Shown: positions 37,854 through 49,068, numbered from the stretch's first letter. The stretch: 64,000 nt of DNA from Clostridia bacterium (GCA_017410505.1 JAFQQR010000027.1:31461-95460), one strand, 5' to 3'. The notes: generated by a model from the sequence alone, not told the origin. Made by a program: numbers and translations.

Positions 37854-38537
37854 TTATTCACAAAGACTAGCTAAAGATATATATTCATCTTTATTACATT
37901 CATTTAAAAGAATAATCGTCTTTATCTTTTGAGAAACATAATACTGTCTGTCCCAAGATGATTTGTAAAACTCATAACGCTTCTCTAATATTTTAGGTTC
38001 ATTTTCAGTAAGATATACCGGCAATCTTTCTCCAATATTTAAGTCTATCTCTATAAGATATACATTAGATAGAAAATCCCCATAATCTACTTCATCATCA
38101 ATGAACCGTATTCTCCTGAGTACCCTAACCCTGTCTTTCATAGAAGCTGGAATAAAGATATCATCTGGAATAACATCAGTACTTCTGAGCAAAGCATACA
38201 TAAGGTCCTTTGATGGTTTTGTTAGATAGTCAACATGATATGTATTTTTGCTTGTTTTCTTTAAAAAAACACCTTCTAATAAAAGATCTTCTTCTAAATC
38301 CTTTTCTTTAATGTCTTCTGGCAGAATAATTTTAATGTATTCCTGCTTTTTTTCAGATTCCACGTAATTAGGAATTGATAATTTTAATCTAAAAGAAGAT
38401 AATTCTTTTATTTTTACATTACCATTCCATTTCCGTTCACAAATACCTGCGTTAATAAATAATTTCATTTTTGCCTCCTTAATGGTATAAACCATTGTTA
38501 TTTGATACTTTACAATATAATTATCTTGTAAATACAT
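37854..38537 (-). CDS. Hypothetical protein
   Basis: 227-aa ORF with no recognisable motif. A 74-aa ORF (38579-38803) lies just upstream. Confidence 0.35.
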   Translation of the reverse strand: MYLQDNYIVKYQITMVYTIKEAKMKLFINAGICERKWNGNVKIKELSSFRLKLSIPNYVESEKKQEYIKIILPEDIKEKDLEEDLLLEGVFLKKTSKNTYHVDYLTKPSKDLMYALLRSTDVIPDDIFIPASMKDRVRVLRRIRFIDDEVDYGDFLSNVYLIEIDLNIGERLPVYLTENEPKILEKRYEFYKSSWDRQYYVSQKIKTIILLNECNKDEYISLASLCE

Positions 38538-38784
38538 ACCTCCTTTTTTAGGATAGGCTAAATTTTATCATAAAAATATTAAGAAATCAATAAAATTATT
38601 ACCATTTTTTTGACAACTCCGTGCTTTCCTCTTATTATAACCGTTCCTGTCCATCTATCATCCATTTCTAATAGCAATTCTTCAAGAAATGAAGAATCAT
38701 ATTGTTGAAATAATTGAAATGCAGATAGACCTTGTAGCTCACCCGCTTGACGAAATCTTTTTTTACATAATTTCGCAATCTTTA

Positions 38785-38823
38785 TAAAAAAAATCGATAT
38801 CATATGATACCGATTTTTTTTAT
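38785..38823. terminator. Bidirectional terminator ATCGATATCATATGATACCGAT flanked by A and T runs, 3' of pspA
   Basis: Read from the sequence. Confidence 0.55.
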
Positions 38824-38832
38824 TAGAAAATT

Positions 38833-39507
38833 TTATAATCCCATTTCCTTTTTCAATTTTTCTAATTCATCTTCTACAGCAATAGAAGTATTACTATATT
38901 TATCTTCTAAGCTCTCTATTTCTGCATTAACATCACTATTTAATTCAGCTGTAGAATTTGCTATATCCAGCATATTATCTGCTTTTTCTTCCATTCTTTC
39001 AAATGCATTCATTGCATCACTTGCAGTGCCCATTGAGCTTGATACTTTATTTAATTTTTCTTGTGTTCTCGCAACTGCAACTTTTGATTTAACATTTTTT
39101 CTACGTTGTTCAAGTTCTTGAACATCTTTTGTTAATTTATCATGCATTTCTCTCATTTTTGTTGCATTTGCTTTTGCCACTTCATAAGATTTTTGTAAAT
39201 CTACTCCATTATTTACATACTCTTGCTTTTTAGTCAAAAATGTTTTTGCATCTTCTTCATTTCCTGCAGTTAATGCTTTTCTAGCAAATTGATCATATTT
39301 TTCTATTTGCTCTGCATTTTCATCTACTAAACGTTTTGTTCTTTTTTCTTCTGCCATAACTCCTGCTGTTTCTTTTTTAACTTCTGCAAGTTGTTCAACA
39401 ACTTGTCTCATATATTCATCTATCATCTTCTCTGGATTCTCACATTTATCCAAAATTGCATTTATGTTTGCTGACATTATATCTCTAAATCTATTTAATA
39501 TTCCCAT
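38833..39507 (-). CDS. pspA: PspA/IM30 family protein (phage-shock protein A / LiaH-like)
   Basis: MGILNRFRDIMSANINAILDKCENPEKMIDEYMRQVVEQL... is a coiled-coil PspA-family protein. 224 aa. Confidence 0.9.
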   Translation of the reverse strand: MGILNRFRDIMSANINAILDKCENPEKMIDEYMRQVVEQLAEVKKETAGVMAEEKRTKRLVDENAEQIEKYDQFARKALTAGNEEDAKTFLTKKQEYVNNGVDLQKSYEVAKANATKMREMHDKLTKDVQELEQRRKNVKSKVAVARTQEKLNKVSSSMGTASDAMNAFERMEEKADNMLDIANSTAELNSDVNAEIESLEDKYSNTSIAVEDELEKLKKEMGL

Positions 39508-39529
39508 TATTTTTCCTCCTAAAATTTTA

Positions 39530-40555
39530 TTATTTTCCTTTATATTTCTTTTCTAACTCACTTGTATCTGTTCCAAAAGTTTCAAGTGGTTTTTCTAATA
39601 TTTTTTCTGTGAATTCTTCTTTTTCTTTTTCTCTTTGGTGTTTGCTTTTTATCATTTTATATATAAATACAATAATTAATATGATTACTATTGCAATTAT
39701 TAAAATTTTTGCAACATCCCATCCATTTGTTGGCTTACTCATAATTGATTTTGCTGTTTCACTAAATGTCTTTGATATCATTTTTTCTATACTTAAAGAC
39801 GTGTTATAATAATTTGTTTCAAAATATCCCCACAAAATGCTTATTGCTTCATTATCCATAATAGTATCTGCGCTATATCCACTTAGATATCTAAATTCTC
39901 CATCCATTTCAGATTTAGAATCATTTTTACATTGGAAATATGCAAAAATAAAATGTCCTTCATCTTTAAATTTTTCTTTATATACTTCTTCTAAATATTC
40001 ATCAGCTTTTGTTACTATGATATTATTTCCATTCCAATATTGTCCTGAATATGGAACAAACAATACATATGGCTGTATTCCTGTCTTTTTATAAAATTCT
40101 TCTAAACCAGTGATTAAATCATTTTTTGATGTTATCCATCCTATTTTATCTTCATACCAGTCTGTTTTTGAAACCACACCATTTAACGCTACTCTTTGTG
40201 TTGTATTTTTAGATACCTTTGATGAATTAACTGAAGTCTTTTGAATAGTAGGTATCACTATAATCATTAATATAATGAAAATTGCTATTATTGTTGACCC
40301 TATACTACCCTGACTGCGTCTATATGTATATCCTGGACCAGGTCTGTGATAATGTGGTCTTCTGTGAATTGGTCCTGGTTGTGGTGGCCTATTATAAGGT
40401 CTTGAATGTCTTGATGGGCCAAAACCTCCACCTCCAAAGCCTCCTCTTGATGAGTTACTTCTTGATGAACGTCCTCCTCCTGAAAATCCACCTGATGAAT
40501 GACCTCCTCCAAAGCCTCCGACCGCTGTGACTACGTCCTCCACTACTGCTTCCAC
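39530..40555 (-). CDS. Membrane protein with a Gly/Ser/Arg-rich N-terminal region and an extracytoplasmic domain, hypothetical; in the operon with pspA
   Basis: 341 aa. The N-terminus is GGFGGGHSSGGFSGGGRSS...GGFGGGGFG...PQPGP. There are two TM helices. Confidence 0.5.
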   Translation of the reverse strand: MEAVVEDVVTAVGGFGGGHSSGGFSGGGRSSRSNSSRGGFGGGGFGPSRHSRPYNRPPQPGPIHRRPHYHRPGPGYTYRRSQGSIGSTIIAIFIILMIIVIPTIQKTSVNSSKVSKNTTQRVALNGVVSKTDWYEDKIGWITSKNDLITGLEEFYKKTGIQPYVLFVPYSGQYWNGNNIIVTKADEYLEEVYKEKFKDEGHFIFAYFQCKNDSKSEMDGEFRYLSGYSADTIMDNEAISILWGYFETNYYNTSLSIEKMISKTFSETAKSIMSKPTNGWDVAKILIIAIVIILIIVFIYKMIKSKHQREKEKEEFTEKILEKPLETFGTDTSELEKKYKGK

Positions 40556-40591
40556 CGCTTCTTCCCATTTGTATATTCTCCTTTCGTTATA

Positions 40592-41032
40592 TTATTTATC
40601 TCTTTTTTTGAATACTGTTTTTAAAAGTAATCCTGAACCTGCTGCTGCTAATCCCATGATAATAATATAATCAAACATAGATGTTGGAACAAAACTTATT
40701 CTGATACTCATTATAATTGTTATAATTATAAATACAACTCCTAAAGTCATAATAATTTTTGGTATTACAGATTTTGAATTGTAAAATTGCCATATAATTC
40801 CTATAATAAGTGGAACTGTGACTAATCCAGATGATATATCAAAACTTCCTATTCTCCAAATATGCCAACTACTATGAACCATTACTCTTTTACTTAGCAT
40901 AAACAGTCCTGCACCTAACATTATTATCCCTAAGAAAAATTGTAATACTTCATTGTTATCTTCTTTTGTTTCTTTTATATTATCTCTTAGTTCTTTTAGT
41001 TCTTCTTCTAACTGCTTATCTTTTCTATTCAT
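40592..41032 (-). CDS. Small polytopic membrane protein, first gene of the pspA operon (LiaI/PspC-like role, speculative)
   Basis: 146 aa. A charged N-terminus is followed by 3-4 TM segments. Confidence 0.45.
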   Translation of the reverse strand: MNRKDKQLEEELKELRDNIKETKEDNNEVLQFFLGIIMLGAGLFMLSKRVMVHSSWHIWRIGSFDISSGLVTVPLIIGIIWQFYNSKSVIPKIIMTLGVVFIIITIIMSIRISFVPTSMFDYIIIMGLAAAGSGLLLKTVFKKRDK

Positions 41033-41227
41033 AAAACACTCCTTTCTCGTTTGTTATTTGGTATTCATATCTTAACATATTTATCTTGCTTTTACAAGGA
41101 TTTTATTTATCTATTGTGTATTTTGACATTTCTACAAAATTATAGTATAATGTAATTAGTTTGTTAAACACATGCTGTAACTAAACTTACTTAAAATCAA
41201 TAATTTGAATTAAGGAGGATATTTCAA

Positions 41228-41473
41228 ATGGCAAACCGTAAAGAAAATTATAAAGATATGGAAAAATGGCGGAAAGCTCTGAATGCTCAAAAAAAAAGGT
41301 ACTATTCTAAAACTGCAATATATAAACCTAGTACCTGGACATTAGAGCATGACAGATTAATATTGGAACATAATGCCACAGATGCTGAATTATCTAAAAT
41401 TATTAAGCATTCTGTAAATGCTATCCAAAAGAGACGATGTCGTTTGAAAAAAATGCTAAAAGAGAACAACTGA
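41228..41473 (+). CDS. Small hypothetical protein
   Basis: 81 aa with the RBS AAGGAGGA. A terminator hairpin lies directly after it. Confidence 0.45.
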   Translation: MANRKENYKDMEKWRKALNAQKKRYYSKTAIYKPSTWTLEHDRLILEHNATDAELSKIIKHSVNAIQKRRCRLKKMLKENN

Positions 41474-41475
41474 AA

Positions 41476-41516
41476 ATATAGCAGAGAAATCAATAAATTT
41501 CTCTGCTATATTTTTA
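41476..41516. terminator. Bidirectional terminator ATATAGCAGAGAAAT...ATTTCTCTGCTATAT
   Basis: Read from the sequence. It sits between the plus ORF at 41228-41473 and the uvrA stop. Confidence 0.55.
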
Positions 41517-44351
41517 TCATAAATACTTCTCCAAAAACTTTCCAGTATAACTTTGCTCATTCTTACAAATCTGTTCAGGTGTTCCAACAGCAACAATTTG
41601 TCCTCCTCCATCTCCACCTTCTGGTCCTAAATCAATAATATGGTCACATGTTTTTATTAAATCTAAATTATGCTCTATAACAATTATTGTATTCCCAGTA
41701 TCAACTAATCTTTGTAAAATATCTACTAATCTATGAACATCAGCTATGTGAAGACCTGTTGTTGGCTCATCTAAAATATATAATGTTTTTCCTGTTGCTC
41801 TTTTAGAAAGTTCTGTTGCAAGTTTAACTCTTTGTGCCTCTCCTCCTGATAATGTTGTTGATGGTTGCCCTAATTTAATATATCCTAGTCCAACATCATT
41901 TAGTGTTTGAATTTTTTGTTTTATTTTTGGTATTTTATCAAAAAATTCTAATGCCTCTTCTACTGTCATATCTAGTACATCTGCTATTGTCTTTCCTTTA
42001 TATTTTACTTCTAAAGTTTCTCTGTTATATCTTTTTCCTTTACATACTTCACAAGGTACATAAACATCTGGTAAAAAGTGCATTTCTATTTTGTGCACAC
42101 CATCACCATTACAGCTTTCACATCTTCCCCCTGCTACATTAAAGCTAAATCTTCCTTTATCAAATCCACGTAGTTTTGCTTCATTTGTTCCTGCAAATAT
42201 ATCTCTTATTAAATCAAAAACTCCTGTATATGTTGCTGGGTTTGAACGAGGTGTTCTTCCTATTGGTGATTGGTCTATATTGATTATTTTGTCTATATTT
42301 TCTAAACCTTTTACTGCTTTACATTTTCCTGGTTTCTCACTTGCTCCATTTAATTCTTTTGCTATAGTTTTATATAAAACTTCATTTACTAATGTTGATT
42401 TTCCTGAGCCTGAAACTCCTGTAACACATGTGAATACTCCTAGTGGAAATTTTACACTTATATTTTTTAGATTATTTTCTGTTGCATTTTTTACTTCTAT
42501 TACTTTTGATTTAGTATGCTTTCTTCTTGTTTTTGGAACTTCTATTTTCTTTCTTCCACTTAAATATTGTCCTGTTATCGAATTTTTTACTTGTTTTATT
42601 TCTTCTGCTGTTCCTTGCGCCATAACATTTCCACCATGAACTCCTGCTCCTGGTCCAATATCAATTATTTGGTCTGCTGCGTACATTGTGTCTTCATCAT
42701 GTTCTACAACTAAAAGTGTATTTCCTAAATCTCTTAATTTTTTTAATGTTGCTATTAATTTGTCATTATCTCTTTGGTGAAGTCCAATACTTGGTTCATC
42801 TAATATATACATAACTCCTGTAAGCCCTGAACCTATTTGTGTTGCTAAACGAATTCTTTGAGCCTCCCCTCCTGATAATGTGCCTGCACCTCTTGATAAT
42901 GTTAGATATTCAAGTCCTACATCTATTAAAAATTGAAGTCTTGTGTTTATTTCTTTTAATATCAAATCTGCAATCATCGCTTCTTTTTTTGTCAATTGTA
43001 CATTACTTAAGAACTCTTTCATTGCTTTTATTGACATATCTGTTATTTCATTTATGTTTTTATCTCCAATTTTTATACATAATATTTCTTTCTTTAGACG
43101 AGCTCCATTACATGTTGTACAATGAGAATTTGTCATATACATTTCATAAAAGCTTCTCATTCCTTGTGATTTTGTTTCGCTATGGCGTCTCTCTAATGTT
43201 GGTAACACTCCTTCAAATGGAGAAGTGAATTTTCTTACACCTGCAGCTGATTCATATTGAAAGTCTATTTTTTCATCACCTGTACCATATAAGATTTTTT
43301 CTAAAAACCATCTTGGTAATTTTTTAATTGGCACGCCTTTTATTTTTACTCCATAATGTCTTCCTATGCTTTCGAAATACATTCTTGCCATTGTATCTCC
43401 TTTTTTCATAGTACTTGACCCAAATGCTTTTACTCCATCATATAAAGTTTTATTTTTATCTGGTATTATTAAGTCCTCATCCATTTTCATTAAAAATCCA
43501 ATTCCCATGCAATCTGGACATGCTCCATATGGATTATTAAATGAAAACATTCTTGGTGTTAGCTCTGGAAAACTGAATCCACAATCTGGACATGCATAAT
43601 TAGAACTATACAATACCATTTTTTCTCCATCTTTGCTGAATATATTTACTAATACAAGATTTTCTGCGTGTTTTAATGCCACTTCTACTGACTCTGTAAG
43701 TCTACTTCTTATTTCTTCTTTCACGACTAATCTATCTACAATTAATTCAATTTCATGCTTTTTGTTTTTCTCTAATTTGATTTCATCTGATAAATCATAA
43801 ACTTCTCCATCGATTCTCACTCTAACAAATCCATCTTTTTGGTAACTTTCTAATTGTTTTACAAATTCACCTTTTCTTCCTCTCACAACTGGTGCTAATA
43901 TTTGTATTTTTGTACCTTCTTCTAAAGCCATTATATTATCAATAATCTGGTCTATTGATTGTTTCTCTATTTTTTTGCCACAATTCGGACAATATGGTAC
44001 CCCTATATTTGCATATAATAAACGTATGTAATCATATATTTCTGTAACTGTTCCAACTGTTGAACGTGGATTTTTTGATGTTGTTTTTTGGTCTATTGAT
44101 ATTGCAGGCGATAGCCCCTCTATTGATTCTACATCTGGTTTTTCCATTATTCCTAAGAATTGTCTTGCATATGATGATAGACTTTCTACATATCTTCTTT
44201 GCCCTTCTGCATATAATGTATCAAATGCTAGTGATGATTTTCCTGAACCTGATAGCCCTGTTACTACTACCATTTTGTCTCTTGGTATTTCTAAATTTAT
44301 GTTTTTTAGATTATGTTCTTTTGCTCCTTTTATTATTATTTTATCATTCAT
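41517..44351 (-). CDS. uvrA: Excinuclease ABC subunit A
   Basis: Two ABC ATPase modules ([27 protein letters not shown]) and zinc-finger Cys clusters. The start [25 protein letters not shown] has a GGAGGA RBS. Confidence 0.95.
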   Translation of the reverse strand: MNDKIIIKGAKEHNLKNINLEIPRDKMVVVTGLSGSGKSSLAFDTLYAEGQRRYVESLSSYARQFLGIMEKPDVESIEGLSPAISIDQKTTSKNPRSTVGTVTEIYDYIRLLYANIGVPYCPNCGKKIEKQSIDQIIDNIMALEEGTKIQILAPVVRGRKGEFVKQLESYQKDGFVRVRIDGEVYDLSDEIKLEKNKKHEIELIVDRLVVKEEIRSRLTESVEVALKHAENLVLVNIFSKDGEKMVLYSSNYACPDCGFSFPELTPRMFSFNNPYGACPDCMGIGFLMKMDEDLIIPDKNKTLYDGVKAFGSSTMKKGDTMARMYFESIGRHYGVKIKGVPIKKLPRWFLEKILYGTGDEKIDFQYESAAGVRKFTSPFEGVLPTLERRHSETKSQGMRSFYEMYMTNSHCTTCNGARLKKEILCIKIGDKNINEITDMSIKAMKEFLSNVQLTKKEAMIADLILKEINTRLQFLIDVGLEYLTLSRGAGTLSGGEAQRIRLATQIGSGLTGVMYILDEPSIGLHQRDNDKLIATLKKLRDLGNTLLVVEHDEDTMYAADQIIDIGPGAGVHGGNVMAQGTAEEIKQVKNSITGQYLSGRKKIEVPKTRRKHTKSKVIEVKNATENNLKNISVKFPLGVFTCVTGVSGSGKSTLVNEVLYKTIAKELNGASEKPGKCKAVKGLENIDKIINIDQSPIGRTPRSNPATYTGVFDLIRDIFAGTNEAKLRGFDKGRFSFNVAGGRCESCNGDGVHKIEMHFLPDVYVPCEVCKGKRYNRETLEVKYKGKTIADVLDMTVEEALEFFDKIPKIKQKIQTLNDVGLGYIKLGQPSTTLSGGEAQRVKLATELSKRATGKTLYILDEPTTGLHIADVHRLVDILQRLVDTGNTIIVIEHNLDLIKTCDHIIDLGPEGGDGGGQIVAVGTPEQICKNEQSYTGKFLEKYL

Positions 44352-44364
44352 TTTTATTCCTCCA

Positions 44365-44572
44365 ATGTCCAAATGGGACGTTTCTAAATGAACAAAAATG
44401 TCCATTTGGAAACGTTCTTTTGAGATATTATACTATATTTTTTTATTTAAAACAAGAGTTTGGTAAATATTTCTTCTCTTTATTGAATATAAACCATATC
44501 CTAGAATTTAAATACAAAAGATCGGTTCTTTTTGGACATTTTTGTCCATTTAGAAACGTCCCATTTGGACAT
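44365..44572. repeat. MITE-like element of ~208 bp with perfect 20-bp TIRs (ATGTCCAAATGGGACGTTTC / GAAACGTCCCATTTGGACAT), extending to ~40 bp with 1 mismatch
   Basis: Read from the sequence. The left TIR abuts the uvrA RBS. There is an internal subterminal direct copy TGTCCATTTGGAAACGTTC. Confidence 0.6.
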
Positions 44573-44578
44573 GACAAA

Positions 44579-44614
44579 ATATCCCAACCAATGCAATTGC
44601 ACTGGTTGGGATAT
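44579..44614 (-). terminator. Rho-independent terminator of the P-type ATPase gene
   Basis: The hairpin ATATCCCAACCAATGCAATTGCACTGGTTGGGATAT is followed by a U-run on the minus strand. Confidence 0.6.
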
Positions 44615-44646
44615 TTTAAAGTGTTACTGTTTTTTGAATAGATTAG

Positions 44647-47259
44647 TTATTCTTTAATGCCCATCTTATTCACAATAGCCTTGCGAATAAGATCAATAGG
44701 AATAATCATAAAGGCAATGAGAATAGCTACAATCCAATTACTAAGTGTTAATGGAGTTGTTCCAAACACTTTACCTCCGAATTGGATAATGATAATCTGA
44801 AAAGCAGCTACTGCAAGCATTACTATAATAAAGTTGTGATTTTCATGAATATGTTCAAACAGATTCATGCTTTCAGTTCTTGCATTAAGAGAATTCCACA
44901 AGATTGCTAATATGAAGGTTGCAAACATGAAAGTTCTTATAACACTAATATCGGTACTTCCTATTATATTGTAAATACCGAATATGTTTTTCAAGATACC
45001 AAGACAAATGATTGTGATGAATACACCTCCAACCAGAATTGCACTTTTGAGATATTTGTTAAGAATATCAGCAGTACGTGCTACAGGCTTTTCTCTCATG
45101 TAACTTTCTCTTGCCGGTTCTTGTCCGAATGCAATGGCAGCTAATGTATCCATAATCATATTAATCCAAAGAATCTGTATGATAGTAAATACTTCGGTCC
45201 AACCAAGAATAGGTCCAAGCACCGCTGTAAAGACTGTACTTACATTGACAGTCAACTGGAAGATAATAAACTTCTTTACTGATTTACTCATAGTACGCCC
45301 ATACATAATTGCATCTGCAATAGAAGTTAAACTATCATTAAGAATAATAATATCTCCTGCTTCCTTTGCAACTTCTGTTCCTGACCCCATAGCGAACCCA
45401 ACATCAGCTTTATGTAGAGCTGACGCATCATTTACACCATCACCAGTCATACCTACTACTTCTCCAATTGATTTGCTTATCTCAACAAGTCTTTCTTTGT
45501 CAGAAGGAACTGCTCTTGCAACCACCTTTAAATTAGGTAATGCTTTGATGAGTTCTTTATCAGACATTCTTGCTAGTTCTTCATGAGTTATGCAAAGATC
45601 TGTCGGTTTAGTAATGAGACCTGCTTCTCTTGCAATAGCCTTAGCTGTAGCCAAGACATCGCCAGTTACCATTGTTACATTGACACCTGCATTCAACATT
45701 TTTTTAACAGAATCCTTAACATCTTTACGTACATCATCTCTGATAGAAATCAAAGCTACAAAAGTTTTCTCATTGGCACTTTCTTTTACAATAGCAATAA
45801 CTCTCATTGCTCGTTCGGTCTGTGCATCCCAAGTTTCTTTCAATTTACTCTGGATTTCACTTGTCAAAGTCTGCTTATCACCGTTTTTGTCAATATAACT
45901 AGTACATTCATTCATAATGATGTCAGGAGCACCTTTCATGTACTTAACACCATCTGGCATAGTAACAGACGCGTATTTTACTTTTGAATCAAAAGGTTCT
46001 GAACTTTCAATTACACTCTTATCAATATTAACGCCATTTTCAATGGCAAGATAAGTAATCAAAGCACGGTCAGTATCATTTGAACCAATGGCTTTTCCAT
46101 CGCCACTAATTGTAGCGTCATTATTTACTCCTGCACCAATAATAATATCTTCCCGTACTGAATCACAAATGTTATCAAAATCTTCATAAACGGTAGAATC
46201 ACCTGTAATAACATTTGCAACCGTCATTTTACCATTTGTTAAAGTACCAGTTTTGTCAGTAAAAATATGAGTCAAATATCCAGCCGTTTCTATAGCCTTG
46301 GGATTTTTTACATAGATATGTGCTTTAAGCATTTTGCCTACATTTAACCCCTGTACCAAAGTATTCATTAACGGCAATCCTTCGGGAACAGCCATAACAA
46401 TAATAGAAACACCTAATACAAGACTACTTAGAATCAAGTATGCAATGTTGCCAACTGTATAATGAGACATATTGATAATTCCTAAAATCAGATGAATAAC
46501 TGCTGCTGCAGCACCACCACAATATCCAAAGGTACCAATATTTTTAGCAAGTTTGTCTAACTTCTCTTCAGAAGGTGTTTTGCTTTCATCTTTCTCCTGC
46601 AAAGATACATTGATTGTACCCAATACAGTGTTGTCACCAACATCGGTAACCTGCATAATTGCTGAACCAGAAGTAACCACACTTCCACGGAAACATTTGA
46701 ATTTTGTGAACAAATCGTCATTGCTTGGAACAGGATTGTCTCCAAGAACAATCTTCTCCGCTTCTCGGCTTTCTCCATTAAGAGCTGCCTGATCAACTTT
46801 AAGAGAACCATCAATCAAGATGCCATCCGCTGGTATCTTATCTCCAGGTTGCAAGAATACACAATCCTCACAAACAATATCATTAATTGATAATTCAATA
46901 AGCTGTCCATCACGATAAACCTTGACTTTAATCTGACTTGCCTCACGTTGGAGTGCTTGAGCACCACGATCTTGCTTGTAGTTAATATAAGTACTAATAA
47001 AAGAAACTGCAATAATAACGATAAAAATCGCTACTGCACTGAACCAGTCATCAGAACCCATATCGGGCCAAATACGACCAATGACATAGAATACTACTTC
47101 AAGTGCCAGAGCTACCATCAGGATTTTCAACCAAGTGTCCTGAAGCGACTCCTTGAGCATATCCCAAAAGCTCTCTCTTTCTCGTTGTGTAAGTTCATTA
47201 GAACCTTTTGCTTTGTTAGCAATTGCTTGCTGCGTTGTTAAACCAATAGTTTTCTTCAT
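44647..47259 (-). CDS. Calcium-translocating P-type ATPase (PMCA/SERCA-like, type IIA/B)
   Basis: DKTGTLT phosphorylation site (FTDKTGTLTNGKMTV), TGDGVNDASAL hinge, 10 TM segments. 870 aa. Confidence 0.9.
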   Translation of the reverse strand: MKKTIGLTTQQAIANKAKGSNELTQRERESFWDMLKESLQDTWLKILMVALALEVVFYVIGRIWPDMGSDDWFSAVAIFIVIIAVSFISTYINYKQDRGAQALQREASQIKVKVYRDGQLIELSINDIVCEDCVFLQPGDKIPADGILIDGSLKVDQAALNGESREAEKIVLGDNPVPSNDDLFTKFKCFRGSVVTSGSAIMQVTDVGDNTVLGTINVSLQEKDESKTPSEEKLDKLAKNIGTFGYCGGAAAAVIHLILGIINMSHYTVGNIAYLILSSLVLGVSIIVMAVPEGLPLMNTLVQGLNVGKMLKAHIYVKNPKAIETAGYLTHIFTDKTGTLTNGKMTVANVITGDSTVYEDFDNICDSVREDIIIGAGVNNDATISGDGKAIGSNDTDRALITYLAIENGVNIDKSVIESSEPFDSKVKYASVTMPDGVKYMKGAPDIIMNECTSYIDKNGDKQTLTSEIQSKLKETWDAQTERAMRVIAIVKESANEKTFVALISIRDDVRKDVKDSVKKMLNAGVNVTMVTGDVLATAKAIAREAGLITKPTDLCITHEELARMSDKELIKALPNLKVVARAVPSDKERLVEISKSIGEVVGMTGDGVNDASALHKADVGFAMGSGTEVAKEAGDIIILNDSLTSIADAIMYGRTMSKSVKKFIIFQLTVNVSTVFTAVLGPILGWTEVFTIIQILWINMIMDTLAAIAFGQEPARESYMREKPVARTADILNKYLKSAILVGGVFITIICLGILKNIFGIYNIIGSTDISVIRTFMFATFILAILWNSLNARTESMNLFEHIHENHNFIIVMLAVAAFQIIIIQFGGKVFGTTPLTLSNWIVAILIAFMIIPIDLIRKAIVNKMGIKE

Positions 47260-47516
47260 AAAGAACCTCCTTAAATTGTTGACTTTTTATATTGGTTTTC
47301 AGTTACTTAAAAATTAGCTCTACATATCATATCCTCCTTACCTTTCTATTCAATTGTTAATGTACAACATGTATATTAATTGATATCGTATCATCAATTA
47401 ATATACTAAATTATACGAACAGTTTTCACTTTGTTGCACATACATTTCTGCAACTTTTGTAAAAATTTCGCACGTTTAGTATTATAACACGGTACATTTT
47501 TTATGTCAATCTTTTT

Positions 47517-47742
47517 CAGTTTTTTGTAAAATCTGCATTACATCTCAGCATAAATACATATATATTAAAATTCCGTTCCTTGCTGGTCGGACTAATCATA
47601 TGAGCAGAATATAGGTATGTCAAAGTTTGAATAGTTAATCTGGGTGGTCTGTATGTTTTTGTGTCATTCCAAACTGCGCGTCACTGCATTTTAATATATA
47701 TGTATTTATGCTGAGATGTAACGCAGATTTTACAAGAAACTG
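47517..47742. repeat. 55-bp near-perfect inverted repeats (47517-47571 and 47688-47742, 2 mismatches) flanking a 116-bp core; inverton-like or MITE-like
   Basis: Left arm CAGTTTTTTGTAAAATCTGCATTACATCTCAGCATAAATACATATATATTAAAAT. Right arm ATTTTAATATATATGTATTTATGCTGAGATGTAACGCAGATTTTACAAGAAACTG. Confidence 0.6.
47595..47623 (-). promoter_or_regulatory. Consensus sigma-A promoter TTGACA-N17-TATGAT inside the IR-flanked core, currently oriented toward the P-type ATPase gene
   Basis: On the minus strand, TTGACA sits at 47623-47618 and TATGAT at 47600-47595, with a 17-nt spacer. Confidence 0.45.
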
Positions 47743-48012
47743 AAACTTAAATTTTCGTTTTTTAATCATCTCGCTTTACTTTTTATGTAAATTATAATAT
47801 AATATCCTAGCATACCGGTATTTTTAACATTATAAAAAAATTTTATAATGAATGGAGTAATTATTTTTATCGGTAGATAATTAAAATAGTTTCTCTAGCA
47901 AACAAAATTATCCTCAGCAATTGCAAGGTTAAATTTTGTTATTCTTAAGAAAAAACTATTTTTGTAACAATAATTTCATACTTAAATAACATCAAGAAAG
48001 GAAAATATCATT

Positions 48013-49068
48013 ATGGATTATCGGACTATCAACAATTATGCAGCAAATATTATCAGAGCATTTGATAAAAATTCTGGAAAAGAAGTTTTACAGTACGCAG
48101 TAGGAGCTTTGCTTTATATGCCTGGAACCAATACTAAGATTTCAAAAAAAATCCTCAAAAAGGAAAATCCAAATATTAAATCTTTGGTGCTTTGTTTGGA
48201 AGATTCTATTGGTGATAGCATTGTTGAACAAGCTGAGGAATGTGTAAAAAATACACTTATCGAAATTCACACTGCAATTACTACTGGGCGATTTTCCATT
48301 TCTGATTTACCATTAATTTTTATCCGGGTACGGGAAATCGGACAAATGACACGACTTGTTGACAAATGTGGAGATAGCATTTCTACAATCACAGGCTTTG
48401 TTCTTCCAAAATTCAATAAAATTAATGCTTCAAATTATATAAATGAATTTGAGCAGATTTTGGATTCGGTAGATACTTCGTTATATTTAATGCCTATTAT
48501 TGAAAGCAGAGATATAATGCATAAGCCTACTCGTTTAGAGAATTTGTGTTATATTCACAATGCACTTAAAAAGATTTCAGACCGTACTCTTTGTATCCGT
48601 GTAGGTGGAACTGATTTTTGCAATATCTTTGGAATCAGACGTCCTATAAATTCAACAATTTGGGATATTAGAGTTATTTCTGATTGTATTTCTGACATCA
48701 TTAATATTTTTGGCACAGATTATGTCGTTTCTGGACCAACATGGGAATTTTTTGAAAAGAAAGACTCCCCTAGTCAAACCGATTGGGTTGAAGGATTAAA
48801 TAAAGAACTTTTCTATGATAGACTCAATGGCATTATAGGAAAAACTTGTATCCATCCCACTCAAGTGCCTTATGTTCAACAATCTTTGATTGTTTCTGAA
48901 ACAGACTACACTAATGCACTTCAAATATTAAGCATGTCATCTCAAAGTTTTGTTGGTGTAAAAAAAGGAACTAATGGTAACCAGATGAATGAATCCAAAA
49001 CTCATATAAATTGGGCGAAAAAGATTCTTGCATTATCTGGAATTTATGGTATTAAGAAAGAAATTTAG
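48013..49068 (+). CDS. HpcH/HpaI aldolase/citrate-lyase-like family protein of the Ter-associated biosynthetic module
   Basis: 351 aa. LCLEDSIGDS is a citrate-lyase-beta-like acidic motif. It sits in an operon with the PRTase, StiP-like and HAD genes beside terD/telA. Confidence 0.55.
   Translation: MDYRTINNYAANIIRAFDKNSGKEVLQYAVGALLYMPGTNTKISKKILKKENPNIKSLVLCLEDSIGDSIVEQAEECVKNTLIEIHTAITTGRFSISDLPLIFIRVREIGQMTRLVDKCGDSISTITGFVLPKFNKINASNYINEFEQILDSVDTSLYLMPIIESRDIMHKPTRLENLCYIHNALKKISDRTLCIRVGGTDFCNIFGIRRPINSTIWDIRVISDCISDIINIFGTDYVVSGPTWEFFEKKDSPSQTDWVEGLNKELFYDRLNGIIGKTCIHPTQVPYVQQSLIVSETDYTNALQILSMSSQSFVGVKKGTNGNQMNESKTHINWAKKILALSGIYGIKKEI

Noticed and set aside
38579-38803. 74-aa minus-strand ORF downstream of pspA
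   Set aside because: It overlaps the pspA bidirectional terminator hairpin and has no RBS or motif. It is probably spurious or part of a degraded gene together with 37854-38537.
44060-44641. 193-aa plus ORF sharing the peptide GHFCPFRNVP with ORF 37210-37431
   Set aside because: The shared peptide is the translation of the repeated MITE TIR (GGACATTTTTGTCCATTTAGAAACGTCCCATTTGGACA). It is not protein homology. The rest is antisense to uvrA.
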